Source of the DNA: Malacoraja senta
Lineage: Eukaryota
Direction of reading: 5' to 3'
Assembly: GCA_038087875.1 (NCBI GenBank)
Contig: CM075988.1
Coordinates: 18,354,001-18,418,000 of the forward strand
DNA: 64,000 nt
Shown in pieces: positions 1 to 11,688 of the stretch. Each line of letters starts with the position of its first letter. The stretch's first letter is position 1. The notes below the pieces were generated by a model. It did no database searches, was not told where the DNA came from, and saw only the letters and a program-made list of their open reading frames with translations. The position numbers were made by a program, and so were the translations under genes.

Positions 1-333
1 TCGCTTACTGTTGTAGTTGCAAGGACACAACTGTGCAGCTTCCACACAGTCATCAGTCAGGGGAAGCCATCAGTCCTGGCTTGGCTTCCTGTCCATGGTC
101 TCGTTCCCCGGAGATACGTTGTGTATTTATGGACGCTGTCTCACTGCCTCACCTGCTCTCCCGGCTGCAAACCAAGTCCTCTGTTCCCATCTGTTTGTTT
201 ATTTTGTCATAATTATGACAAATATGAGGAACACGCTATAATAATCCTTGTGTTTCATCCATCTGGATGTCAGACACGGAGTGTAAATCAGTGCGGGTTT
301 AACCAGGTACAATTCCAGCCTTGGTCATCATCT

Positions 334-637
334 GTTTAGTTTAGAGATGCAGCGCGGAAACGGGCCCTTCGACCCACCGAGCCTGCACTGACCAGTGATC
401 CCCACACATGAACACTGTCCCACTCTAAGGACAATTTATACAATTATACCAAGCCAATTAACCTTACAAACCTGTGTGTCTTTGGAGTGTGGGAGGAAAC
501 CAACGTTTTTGGAGAAAACCCACACAGGTCACGGAGAGAATGTACAAACACCGTAAAGACAGCACCCTTAGTCGGGATTGAACTCAGGTCTCTGGCGCTG
601 TAAGGCAGCAACTCTCCCGCTGCGCCACCGTGCCACC
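334..637 (-). mobile_element. tRNA-derived V-SINE (HE1-like), near full length
   Basis: Reverse strand has a tRNA-like head with A/B boxes, the central GGTTT(C)CTCCCACACTCCAAAGAC domain, a CR1-like tail (GGGCCCGTTTCCGCGCTG) and (CTAAA)n. Confidence 0.85.
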
Positions 638-1607
638 GTTACCTTTTGGGTGGTCAGATAGCAGCGCAGGTCACAGGTGCTATTAACCCCAGCCCAAGAT
701 ACAAGTAAAATCCCCCCCGCATTCAAAGCCAAATTGAAACACAATCCTTTTCAGGGTTTCACTTCGACCAGGGAAAGCCCTGAAATAATAAAACAACATT
801 TCACTCGGTTCAAATTAAAGTCCCAGGAAAGGCTTCAGCCAGAAAGAGTCATCTGTGTCTTGACTCGCTGGAAGAGCCCAACGATGACCGTGTGGCCTCC
901 ACAAACATCTTGTTACCGTCACAGAGTCATACATCATGGAAACAGGCCCTTTGGTCCAACTCGTCCATGCTGACCTAGAGATCAAACAGCCCACCTCGTC
1001 TCAAAACCCAACAGTCCACAAGCTTTTAAATAACAGGTGGCACAGTGGTTGCAGAGGGAGAGTTGCCAGAGAACCGGGTTCGATCCTGACTGCGGGTGCT
1101 GCCTGTAAGGAGTTTGTGCGTTCTCCCTGTGACCATGTGGGTTTTCTCCCACACTCCAAAGACGTGCAGGTTTGCAGGGTTAATTCATCATCGTTGAAAA
1201 CATTAGCGACGCAGTGGTGCTGGTTTCCGACGGGAACGGTGACGGACGCACCACACATCTCTGTCCTCCAGTTCCTGCGGACTTACGCCGCTGGAAATAT
1301 AGGATTTTGGTGAGTGTGCTATATCATCATTCCTTACACAATGCCATGTACGACAGTGATCGCAACGTCTACTGAAGTGTGGATGGCCGTTGGCTCACTA
1401 GGAGCTCACCCGCCCTTTGACAGGTCTTGTTTTTGGTCCTGCTGGGGGTCCACAGCCCCCTCCTCACCTGGCAAACCAGGTGGGGGAGACGGTTTGGTCG
1501 CCGACTATCCGACCATGGAGCAGGTTGCCGTGGGGGGGGGGAGGGGAGGAGGGGGGGGGGGGGGGGAGGGGGGGGGGAACTCCCCCCGACCTGACCTTCT
1601 GGTAACT

Positions 1608-1958
1608 TTGGACACACTAGAGGCAGGAAACATGTTCCCGATGTTGGGGGAGTCGAGAACCAGGGGCCACAGTTTAAGAATAAGGAGTAAGCCATTTAGA
1701 ACGGAGACAAGGAAACACTTTTTCTCACAGAGAGTGGTGAGTCTGTGGAATTCTCTGCCTCAGAGGGCGGTGGAGGCAGGTTCTCTGGATGCTTTCAAGA
1801 GAGAGCTAGATAGGGCTCTTAAAAATAGCAGAGTCAGGGGATATGGGGAGAAGGCAGGAACGGGGTACTGATTGGGGATGATCAGCCATGATCACATTGA
1901 ATGGCGGTGCTGGCTCGAAGGGCCAAATGGCCTACTGCACTTATTGTCTATTGTCTAT
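1608..1958 (+). mobile_element. CR1-type LINE 3' end (ORF2 C-terminus + 3' UTR)
   Basis: Open frame ...GESRTRGHSLRIRSKPFRTETRKHFFSQRVVSLWNSLPQRAVEAGSLDAFKRELD..., stop at 1871, then a (TATTGTC)n tail. Confidence 0.9.
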
Positions 1959-2892
1959 AATTGACTTCTGTAAATTGTACCCAGTGTGTAGGATAGTGCT
2001 GGTGATCGAGGTGATCGTTGGTCAGTGTGGACTTGGTCAGTTTTCGTGCACATTAAACACCAGTGAGGCGCCTGTGAACGGAGAAGCCGTGGGCCTGGCT
2101 CTGGCTGGTGTGTGAGTGCGCTGCCGTGACTGAAGGAGCAGGAACATGCGGGAGGGTCTATCTCCACCTGGGTGCCCCATCCTCCTGTGAAGCAGCCGCC
2201 ACTCACACGTCAAGAATCATACAATGTGAAACGAACGGTGATGGATGCTTGATTAAAGCAACTTATTAGTCCAATTTGGAGAGGCAATGCATTTGCTGAT
2301 GAATGTGTCAACCACTTTATGTCTTGTTTACATCTGTGGCGTCAAGGTGACCTCGCGCAGTTTGGTGAAGCGGGACGGCGGTGTGGTCTCCCAGCTGCTG
2401 TCCCAGCACCGCCAAAGCAACAGGGGGTGGGCGTGATCGGAAATGTGGCAACTTCACCAGAGAGCCTGAGGGTGAGAGGGGAAAGATTTAACGGGAGCCC
2501 GAGGGGCAACCTTTTCACTCAGCGGGTGGTGGGTGTATCTGGAACGAGCTGCCAGAGGAGGTAAAATGTGTGAGAAGGCACTGCAGATGCTGGTTTACAC
2601 TGAAGATAGAGAAACTCAATGGGTCAGGCAGCATCTCTGGAGAAAAGGATGGGTGACGTTTCTTCAGATTGTCTGAAGAAGGGACTCGACTCGAAACGAA
2701 ACGTCACGCTTCCTTTTCGCCTGACCCGCGCAGTTATTGCAGTATTTTGTTATCTGACCCAAACAGGGAGTCAGATTGCACCAACCATCTCTCCTCTGCG
2801 TACATCATCCTCTCTGTCAGCCTCTGCACACAGAGAGGCGGTGAGCTGTTGCACACTACATTCTCCCATTGAGCTGGGCATTCGAGGTTAGG

Positions 2893-3160
2893 ACGGCACG
2901 GCGTGCAGCGGTGGAGCTGCTGCCTCACAGCTCCAGAGGCACAGGTTCGATCCTCACTAGGGGTGCTGTCTGCGCAGAGTTGACCCGTTCTCCCCGTGAC
3001 CTCGTGGATTTCCTCCGGGTGCTCCAGTTTCCTCCCACATCCCAAAGACGTGCAGATAAGATGGTTAATTGGCTTCTGTAAATTGTCCCTGGTGTGAAGG
3101 ATAGAAGTCGATGGTCGGCACGGACTCGGTGGGCCGAAGGGCCAGCTCCCATGTTGTATA
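2893..3160 (+). mobile_element. V-SINE copy
   Basis: Degenerate A box, B box GGTTCGATCC, conserved core, tail GGGCCGAAGGG. Confidence 0.8.
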
Positions 3161-4608
3161 TCACGATGATTCTTATGACTGGCCCATTCATACCACTGGA
3201 GGTCGTGCATGAATCAATTTCCATCAGCACTTGCTGCCTTGGAGAAAATCCCAAATAACCATCTGGTATTTTTCTCTTTGCACTTCCTGTTGTATGTGTA
3301 TGGCTAGATTGTACCCATGATTTGACTGGGTAGCTAGCACGCAGACAAACCGTTTCACTGTATCTCAGTATGCATGACAATGTTGTGGGGCTTGGTTGAA
3401 AGTTACCTTTTGGGTGGTCCGCAGAATACAGTGCGATCCATGGGATGTCCTGGGTCAGCCTGCGACAGATTGAACCGCCCCCCCCCCCCTCCCCTCATGG
3501 TGCAGTCACCAGTCGTTCTACCGGCAGTCCCATGATCACCCGCCGCCTCGGCTAAACTCAGCGCCACCACCAAACCAAAGCTGCCACAACATCGAGTCAG
3601 TCACAGAGTGATACAATGTGAAAACAGGCCCTTCGGCCCAACTTGCCCACACCGGCCAACATGTCCCAGCTACGCTAGTCCCACCTGCCTGCGTTTGCCC
3701 CATATCCCTCCAAACCTGCACTATCCATGTACTTGTCCAAGGTGGACCACTCCAAAAGACGTGCAGGTTTGTACGATAATTGGCTTCTGCTAAAAAATTG
3801 TCGATTGTCCCCAGTGTGTGGGATAGTGCTAGTGTATGGGGCGATCGTTGGTCGGCACAGACTCGGTGGGCCAAAGGGCCTGTTTCTGCGCTGTACCTCT
3901 GAACTACGCTAAACTAAACACACAAGGCAAGCTCTGGGAAATAATCTGCCGTGGATTATGAAGGAGCCCCATCCTCTGTACGCAGTCCTGTGGGATGATT
4001 ACTTGGCCATGATCTGTTCATTCACGATGTGGCTCTATGTCTACACTGTCTTTCATTACAGTGCTAAGCCTGATTTGCCTCGCTGATTTGAACAGGATAC
4101 AGAAACCTTCATAGGCACAAGTCTGAGCAGAGATTTAGACGGCACAAATCACCACTTGAGATGAGAAAGCAATTCTCCGCCTGGGATAAGATGCAAGAGC
4201 AAGTATTACAGGCTTCTCCCCGCGTCCTATGTTAATCACTACTCCACATTTACAGCTGTAAGCAGCACACCGGGACAAAAGGGATTCACATACAAATAGG
4301 AATGAGTGAGAGTGGAGCAAAGGGTCGCAGTTAAAGTCAGTGTGCTCCATTGTACGGGCCAGGCTGAGCATTCTGAAGGTATTTGTTCAGTTGTCTGTGC
4401 TGGTCTGGGCTCATTGATGGAAGTAAAGGAGCCAGGGCTCTAACCCAACTCGAGATACGTGTGGGGGGGGGGCAGTGACGAGAGTGACTCACACAGAGAG
4501 AATAGTGAAGTGGGAGCACGCACCTGCAGGGAACAGAGCCGAGGAAGCATGCATGCGCAGGTAGCAGTGCCAAGGGTGATCCATGCACCAGGAACAGTGC
4601 TGGAGACA

Positions 4609-4772
4609 ACAGTGCAGGTGCAGAGAGCAGTGACAGGGGAACATGCACATGCAGGGAGCAGTGCAGGTGCAGAGAGCAGTGACAGGGGAGCATGCACATG
4701 CAGGGAGCAGTGCAGGTGCAGAGAGCAGTGACAGGGGAGCATGCACATGCAGGGAACAGTGCAGGTGCAGCG
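4609..4772. repeat. 49-bp minisatellite, about 3.3 copies
   Basis: AGTGCAGGTG recurs at 4611, 4660, 4709 and 4758 (period 49); degenerate flanking copies extend upstream. Confidence 0.9.
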
Positions 4773-5433
4773 AGCAAGAGATAGGGAGCACTGTTGGCAG
4801 GGGGTAAGAGAGCCCCACACATAGAGATGCTGCCTGACCTGATGAGTTACTCCAGCACATTGTGTTTTTTGCTTAAGATGCCAGCGTCTGTCGTCCCTCA
4901 TGTCCAGTAACTACAGGCTTGGTCACTCTTGTAGAAACAAGGAACTGTAGAGGCTGGTTAATTCAGAAAAGGGCACAAAGTACTGGAGTAACTCAGCGGG
5001 TCAGGCAACATGTCTGGAGAACACGGATAGGCGATGTTTTGCGCCAGGACCCATCTTCGGACTGACAGTAGGGGGGGGCAGTGGGGAGGGGGGAGAAGAA
5101 ACGTCTCCTGTTACATCTCCGTTTCCCATAAGGATGTTCCTTCCAGCTTTCTCCACACCCCCCTATAATCAGTCTGAGGAAGGGTCTCCGGGTTCACCAG
5201 AAATGCTGCTTGAGCTGCTGAGTTACTCCAGCACATTGAGTCCAGTCTTGTCGCCAGGTACACAGAAATGCTGGAGAAACTCAGCGGGTGCAGCAGCATC
5301 TATGGAGCGAAGGAAATAGGTAACGTTTCGGGCCGAAACCCTTCTTCAACCCTTCTACTCTTGTCGCCAGGCAGATCTACTCACCCAGAGATCAGTCGAT
5401 AGGCGCAGCTATGAGACTTCTTTCAACCACTGA

Positions 5434-5865
5434 AGTTTAGTTTAGTTTATAGATACAGCGCGGAAACTCACCGACTCCAAGCCCACCAGCGATCCCTGCA
5501 AACTAACGCTGTCCTACGCACACTAGGGACAATTTACATTTATACCAAGCCAATTAACCTACAAACATGCATGTCTTTTTTTTTCTATCAAAAAATGTAT
5601 TCAATTATTAAAAAATAATATTGACACTACAATAAAACAAGCCCGAACCCACCACCTTAATACAATACAAACATATATCCATAATAAACTACTATACAAC
5701 TACGATACAATCCTAACATGCACGTCTTTGGAGTATGGGAGGAAAACCAGAGATCCCGAGAGAAATCCCACGTACAAACGGTGAGCGTACAAACTCCGTA
5801 CAGACAGCACCAGTAGTCAGATCGAACCCGCGTGTCTGGCGCTGCGAGGCAGCAACTCTACCGGT
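5434..5865 (-). mobile_element. V-SINE interrupted by a poly(A) retroposon tail
   Basis: SINE sequence stops at 5578 and resumes at 5715. Confidence 0.8.
5579..5714 (-). mobile_element. L1/Tx1-like 3' tail insertion with 15-bp TSD
   Basis: T-run at the left end; flanked by AACATGCATGTCTTT (5564-5578) and AACATGCACGTCTTT (5715-5729). Confidence 0.7.
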
Positions 5866-6089
5866 GAGGAGCAGTAAAGCAGCATTGAGCCCGACCCATC
5901 TCAACTCTGCTGCATCCATCAGCAACTAACAAGGCTTCTCCAACCTTCAAGCGGGCTGATACCTGCTCCTGGATATTACCAAGCACGAGCTGTTTTGAAA
6001 ATTTGCATGATTCAATCTTCTGTGGGGGGGGCACTGTGGCATTTTGTAAACCACATCAGTAGCACAACTCAAAACAGTTCAATGTGTAG

Positions 6090-6398
6090 TTCAATAGTTC
6101 ATAAGTGATGGGAGCAGAATTAGGCCATTCAGCCCATCAAGTCTACTCTGCCATTCGGTCTTGGCTGATCTATCTCTCCCTCATAATCCCATTCTCCTGC
6201 CTTCTCCCCATATACCCCGACACCCGTACTAATCAAGAATCCATCTATCTCTGCATCCATCGATGGCCTGTCTCCACAGTGTGGCAATGAATTCCACAGA
6301 TTCACCACCCTCTGCCTAAAGAAATTCCTCCTCATTTCCCTTCCTTAAGGAACGTCCTGTAATTCTGAGACCTCAGGTCCTACACTCTCCCACTAGTG
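6090..6398 (-). mobile_element. CR1 LINE 3' fragment
   Basis: Minus frame MRRNFFRQRVVNLWNSLP... followed by the CR1 3' UTR. Confidence 0.85.
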
Positions 6399-6409
6399 TA
6401 GACATGCTT

Positions 6410-6620
6410 GGAAGGAACTGCAGATGCTGGTTTAAACCGAAGATAGAAACAAAAAGATGGAATAACTCAGCGGGTCAGGCAGCATCTCTGAAGAAAAGGA
6501 ACAGTGTCGAGATGGAAGAAGTCTGAAGAAGGGCCTCAACCTGAAACGTCATCTATTCCTTCTCTCCAGAGACGCTGCCTGGCCCGCTGAGTTACTTCAG
6601 CTTTTTGTGTCTATCTTTGG
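6410..6620. mobile_element. Penelope-like pLTR inverted dimer
   Basis: Minus copy followed by a plus copy starting GTCTGAAGAAGGG...GAAACGTC. Confidence 0.75.
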
Positions 6621-6949
6621 TCAAAACAGTTAAAGCACTTTAGAACATAGTGGTTCATTGTAACGAGGAGGGACAGAGCCATTATTACCCACGCTAGGCT
6701 CGTGAGGACAGAGGCTGCAGGAGTAAATGACTGAAGGTGAGCTATCTCGTCAGACATGAGCTATCTCTACAAAGCAGCTCCCTGCTCAGACAGGAGCCAC
6801 TGCCAAATGTATAAACCACCCTGGTTGTGCTGCAGAGTCGCCTCTCACAGGCTCGGCCATCAGCGAGGAACAATTCAAACACAAATTGCCGACGATTAAA
6901 GAGGAGGCGCTCACTGTGAGGGGGCAGCATGGAGGGCTGTGGGCACCAG

Positions 6950-7378
6950 TTCTTATTCTTATTCTTAGGCCCCCTTCGGTCGTGGCTGACCATGGGTGTC
7001 TCCAGGATGCTATTCCCTATATGGAGGACACCTATGCGTGACTTTGTTTAACGTGGGGAGACTGGTGCACAGACAGCCACCCCATGGTCCTTGACAGATC
7101 TGGGTCGGGATCTAGTGGCATGGAGTCCAAGACGACCGGGGACCCTTTTCTGCTGCAGCCTTCATCCGCCTTCCCAGCCGTTGTGACGCTCCACTAAGGT
7201 CAGCCATCGTCCTCCGCCTGTTCCACCGTTGAGGTCTCGGTTGGATTGCTCTTTGTCAGAGACCTCCCCCTCGACCTTACCACCATGGGTGGCCCTACCA
7301 GGAGCATAGCTCCAGACGGCATCGCTCTCAGGATCTCAGGACCACACAAGCTTCTCCACCACGAGAAGGTGACAATCC
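6950..7378 (-). mobile_element. RTE-derived short non-autonomous retroposon (RTE-like 5' region + (TAAGAA)n tail)
   Basis: Minus strand begins GGATTGTCACCTTCTCGTGGTGGAG...CCTGGTAGGGCCACCCATGG...GACAAAGAGCAATCC, resembling Expander/Rex3-type RTE 5' UTRs (recognised from memory). Ends in a TAAGAA microsatellite; no RT ORF. Confidence 0.6.
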
Positions 7379-7673
7379 TGTAACCTGGCACCCAGCGGGG
7401 GGGGGGGGGGGGGGGGGGAAGGGCGGGCACGGTCATGGTCAGAGGCAGCTCAGAATCCCCTGTAAACCGATGACCAGTGCAATCTGCACCTCTCCCCACA
7501 CGCACAAACATATGCTCGCGACTCCAGCATGGGGAGGTCAGGGTCACCAGCGGACGTTACAATCCTCAATCCCGTACAAGAAGGTGACAGAGAGAGTGGC
7601 GGACACTGCCCGGTCCATCACGGGTACTGACCTCCCCACCATCGAAGGGATCTACAGGAGGCGCTGCCTCAAA

Positions 7674-7900
7674 AAGTCAAGTCAAGTCACTTTTATTTCT
7701 ATAGCACATTTAAAAATCAACTCTCGTTGACCAAAGTGCTTTACATTGGTGGAGGTACTAACATTATACAACAGTGGTTCATAGATTAAGTACATACATA
7801 AATACATACATATAGCCCTCCCTCAGAGGACGTCAAGAAAGGCTTGAGAGTAAAGATGAGTTTTAAGTCTCGACTTAAAAGAGTCGATGGAGGGGGCAGT
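7674..7900 (-). mobile_element. L2 LINE 3' end
   Basis: Minus frame TAPSIDSFKSRLKTHLYSQAF, tail TGTAAAGCACTTTG...TGTGCTATAGAAATAAA and (GACTT)n. Confidence 0.75.
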
Positions 7901-7957
7901 TCATCAGATGAAGCCAGCATCATCAGAGACCCACACCACCCTGGCCACGCTCTCATC

Positions 7958-8267
7958 TTTAATTTAGTTTAGTTAAGAGATACAGCGTGGAAACAGGCCC
8001 ACCTTGTCCGCGCCGACCAGCGATCATCCCGTACACTAACACTATCCTACGCACTAGGGACAATTTACGATCTTTACCGAAGTCAATTAACCTACAAACC
8101 AGTGTGTCTTTGGAGTGTTGGAGGAAACCGGAGCACCTGGAGAAAACCCACGTGGTCACGGGGAGAATGTACAAACTCCGTACAGACAGCACCCGTAGTC
8201 AGGATCTGAACCTGGGTCTCTGGCGGTGTAAAGCAGCAACTCTACTGTTGTGCCACCGTGCCGCCCG
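7958..8267 (-). mobile_element. V-SINE, full length, inserted in the Rex1/Babar fragment
   Basis: Complete head-to-tail SINE on the minus strand between two colinear LINE pieces. Confidence 0.85.
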
Positions 8268-8424
8268 ACTGCTACCATCGGGAAGAAGGTACAGGAGCCT
8301 GAGAATCGTCACCCCCCGGTTAAAGAACAGCTTCTTCCCATCGATCATCAGGCTCCTGAACACTGCACAAGACTTCTAAAGGCAGCGCCTTCACCTACTT
8401 ATGTTCCTTACATTCCTTGTATGG

Positions 8425-8720
8425 ACGGCACGGTGGCGCAGCGGTAGAGCTGCTGCCCAACAGCGCCAGAGACCCAGGTTCAATCCTGACTATGGGTGCT
8501 CTCTGTACGGAGTTTGTACTCTCTTCCCTTGACCAGGTGGGGTTTCTCCAGGTTTCCTCCCACACTCCAAAGACGTGCAGGTTCATAGGTTAATTGGGCT
8601 TTGGTAAAATTGTATAGTGTGTAGGATAGTGCTAGTGTACGGGGTGATCATTGGTTGGCGTGGACTTGGTGGGTTGAAGGACCTGTATCCGTGCTGTATC
8701 TCTAAAGCGAAAGTAAAGTC
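8425..8720 (+). mobile_element. V-SINE, full length
   Basis: A box TGGCGCAGCGG, B box GGTTCAATCC, core and tail. Confidence 0.85.
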
Positions 8721-9344
8721 CTTCATAGGGAGGGGGGGGATTGTTATTTATGGATTAGACTCCACACACAAGTTCACACTTTAGCAATGTTCAGAGGCTC
8801 ACCTAACCCTGGCTGCCTCCTCTTCAAACCAACCTTTGCTGCAATAAAACTTCCCACAATTTCACAACTTTCTCCACAGTTGTGTCAGAATGGACCCACA
8901 CTGCCCCCAGTGGCGGGCCAGGGAGTTGCCACTACAACCTGAGGGATTTGCCGAAACAAGGAACTGCAGATGCTGCTTTACTCGAAAAAGGCACAAAGTG
9001 CTGGAGTAACTCAGCGGGGGGCCAGGCAGCATCTCTGGACGGGTAGGTGATGTTTCGCCTCGAGATGTTAGCTATCCATGTTCTCCAGCGATGCTGCCTG
9101 ACCCGCTGAGTTACTCCTTTTGCTTCAAGCCAGGACAACAGGACCTCCCTCTGAAGGCCAGCAGCACAGCCACACTGAGGCAACTCATTTCCATGCTGAT
9201 TTTATTCTGGAAAGCAAATCCCCCGCACATTAATAGTTTCAGTACAATCCTATTATCACCCAAATGTTTTGGGAGACGAGCTGCAGGAGAAGCGCTCACA
9301 GGCTTGTTACATTATTGTTACATTATTTGAATTGACAATAAAAT

Positions 9345-9373
9345 TACTATTACTATTACTATTACTATTACTA
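9345..9373. repeat. (TACTAT)n microsatellite
   Basis: Directly visible tandem repeat. Confidence 0.85.
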
Positions 9374-9490
9374 GGTTGCTGATCGCATTTGTCACTTTGT
9401 TTTCTGCAGGGTGACTCTTCCAGACGGAGGGTTGCAGAGTCTCACACCTCTCCGACTCGGAAACAAAGGGAAAGCCCAAGATCAATGTTG

Positions 9491-9795
9491 GGCAGCACGG
9501 TGGCGCAGCGGTAGAGTTGCTGCCTTAAGGCACCGGAGACCCGGGTTCGATCCCGACAATGGGTGCTGTCTGTACGGAGTTTGAACATTCTTCCCCTGAC
9601 CGCGTGGGTTTTCTCCGACATCTTCGGTTTCCTCCCACACTCCAACGTCTGTAGGTTAATTGGCTTGGTGTATGTGTAAATTGTCCCTAGTGTGTGTAGG
9701 ACAATGTTAATGTTCGGGGATCGCTGGTCGGCACGGACTCGGTGGGCTGAAGGGCCTGTTTCTGCGCTGTATCTTTAAACTAAACTAAACTAAAT
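9491..9795 (+). mobile_element. V-SINE (HE1-like), full-length reference copy
   Basis: Pol III A box TGGCGCAGCGG 9501-9511, B box GGTTCGATCCC 9544-9554, conserved core, CR1-like tail GAAGGGCCTGTTTCTGCGCTGTATC, (CTAAA)n end. Confidence 0.9.
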
Positions 9796-10100
9796 CAAGG
9801 TGGTGCAGTGGTAGAGTTACTGCCTTACAACGCCAGGGACCCAGGTTCAATCCTGACTTTCCTCTGTACCTTGGTACACGGGATAATAATAAAGCTAAAC
9901 CTAGAGTACTGAGGGGTTGATTTGTCGACAGATGTATCACTCGATTGAGTCACTCAGGAGGATGTAAAAGATCTCATGATAATAGAGTTTTGAAAATACA
10001 CAAAGTACCCCAGGGCTTTGCTCCTACACTGCTCCTTAACATCATGGAAAGAGATGAAGAAACAAGGAACTGCAGATGCTGGTTTATGCGAAAGGGCACA

Positions 10101-10360
10101 GAGTGCTGGAGTAACTCAGCGCGTCAGGCAGCATCTCTGGAGAACATGGATAGGTGATGTTTCACAGAGTGCTGGAGTAACTCAGCGGGTCGGGCAGCAT
10201 CTCCGGAGGACATGGAGAGGTGATGTTTCACGGAGTGCTGGAGTAACCCAGCGGGTCGGGCAGCATCTCCGGAGGACATGGAGAGGTGATGTTTCACGGA
10301 GTGCTGGAGTAACCCAGCGGGTCGGGCAGCATCTCCGGAGGACATGGAGAGGTGACGTTT
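10101..10360 (-). repeat. 66-bp tandem array (4 copies) of an internal Penelope pLTR segment
   Basis: GAGTGCTGGAGTAAC recurs at 10101, 10167, 10233 and 10299. Confidence 0.9.
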
Positions 10361-11014
10361 CTGGTCGTGACCTCGTCATTGTCCTCGAGTCGGTTGTGGG
10401 AAATTACTGTGCAGAAGTCAGCCCGCTATGTCACCACGGCAACTGGTCTGAAATACTTCAGCAGCTGAAAGATGCCTCAGGTCACTGCGGAAGGTCAGGC
10501 ACAAAGGGAAGTCATTTGTTTCATGAAAATGAGTCATTATTTTCAATAATCTCGAGATAATGTTTATTTTTGAATTGTATTGGTGGAGTACGTCGCTGCC
10601 TTCACCAGACTGTGTTCAATCTCCCGCTTTCATTCCGGAATAATAATGTTCCAAAGGATTTAATAATCTCCTTTCACTGATGCGCTGTCTAAAGCTTAGG
10701 GTTTACTCCATGCGAGGTTTACATATGCGCACACCATTTTACAAGTGCTACCTACTTGAAAATGATACAAATTGGATTTCCGCACAGATTTTTCTGGACG
10801 GCGCTGATGTGAGCGGAGTGATGGGAAAGTGTTCAAATGCATGTCTCACTCATAGCCTTGCCTCTCAGTCTGGGCAGAGGATGGGGCTTTGATGTTGCTT
10901 TTGCAGCAGTCCCATTGCCAGGGGGTGGGCACAGCTCGCCATTTGGCCACGATGCAGAGTTCAAGGTCCACTGGTCAAAGCCACCACATTAAGCTTTATC
11001 AGAACACAGAGGAT

Positions 11015-11688
11015 GTTTAGTTTAGAGATACAGCACGGAAACAGGCCCTTTGGCCCACCGAATCCAGGCCGATCAGCGAACCAGCACTACCCTACACACA
11101 CTAGGGACAATTTACAATTATAAACAAGTCGATTAGCATTCAAACCTCTACGTCTTGGGAGGAAACCGGAGGTCCCGGTGGAAACCCTCGCAGGTCAGCA
11201 TACAAACTCCGTACAGACAGCACCCGTGGTCAGGATTGAACCCGGGTCTCTGGAGCTGTGAGGCAGCGACTCTACCTCTGTGCCACCATGCCGCCTTCCA
11301 CCGCAGCCCAATGGAACAGAGGTGGCATGTTTCACAAACCCCACCACCTGTTCTTCAAATTGGGCTACATTCATCAAGACCATTCAGAGGCGGCACAGTG
11401 GTGCAGCGGTGGAGTTGCTGCTTTACTGCGCCAGAGACCCAGGCTCGATCCTGACCACGGGTGCTGTCTGTACAGAGTTTGTACGTTCTCCCCGTGACCT
11501 CGTGGGTTTTCCCCAGGTGCTCCAGATTCCTCCCTCACTCCAAAGACGTACAGGTTTGTAGGTTAATTGGCTTTGGTAAAAATTGTCCTTCGTGTGTAGG
11601 ATAGCGTTGTTGTACGGGTAATTCCAGGACGGCACGGATCTGATGGGCCGAAGGGCCTGTTTGCACGCTGCATCTCTAAAGTCTAAAT
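11015..11688. mobile_element. Two divergently oriented V-SINEs (11015-11295 minus; 11388-11688 plus)
   Basis: Head-to-head SINE copies about 90 bp apart. Confidence 0.8.

Larger units (their letters stand above)
7580..8370 (+). mobile_element. Rex1/Babar LINE 3' fragment split by two nested insertions
   Basis: Pieces 7580-7673, 7911-7957 and 8268-8370 rejoin to ...TARSITGTDLPTIEGIYRRRCLK / ASIIRDPHHPGHALI / LLPSGRRYRSLRIVTPRLKNSFFPSIIRLLN. Confidence 0.75.

Noticed and set aside
1314..1871. 185-aa ORF as a host gene
   Set aside because: Chimera of unique sequence, a G-run and a CR1 ORF2 C-terminus.
4337..4901. Cys/His-rich overlapping ORFs
   Set aside because: Translations of the 49-bp minisatellite in all frames.
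9491..9560. tRNA gene
   Set aside because: A/B boxes belong to the SINE head, which runs straight into SINE core sequence and is repeated dozens of times.
10101..10360. CRISPR-like array
   Set aside because: Units are contiguous with no unique spacers, there are no cas genes, and the context is vertebrate.
10018..10560. 180-aa ORF with repeated SAGVTQRVGQHLRRTWRGDVS
   Set aside because: Produced by the 66-bp (multiple of 3) tandem of non-coding pLTR sequence.
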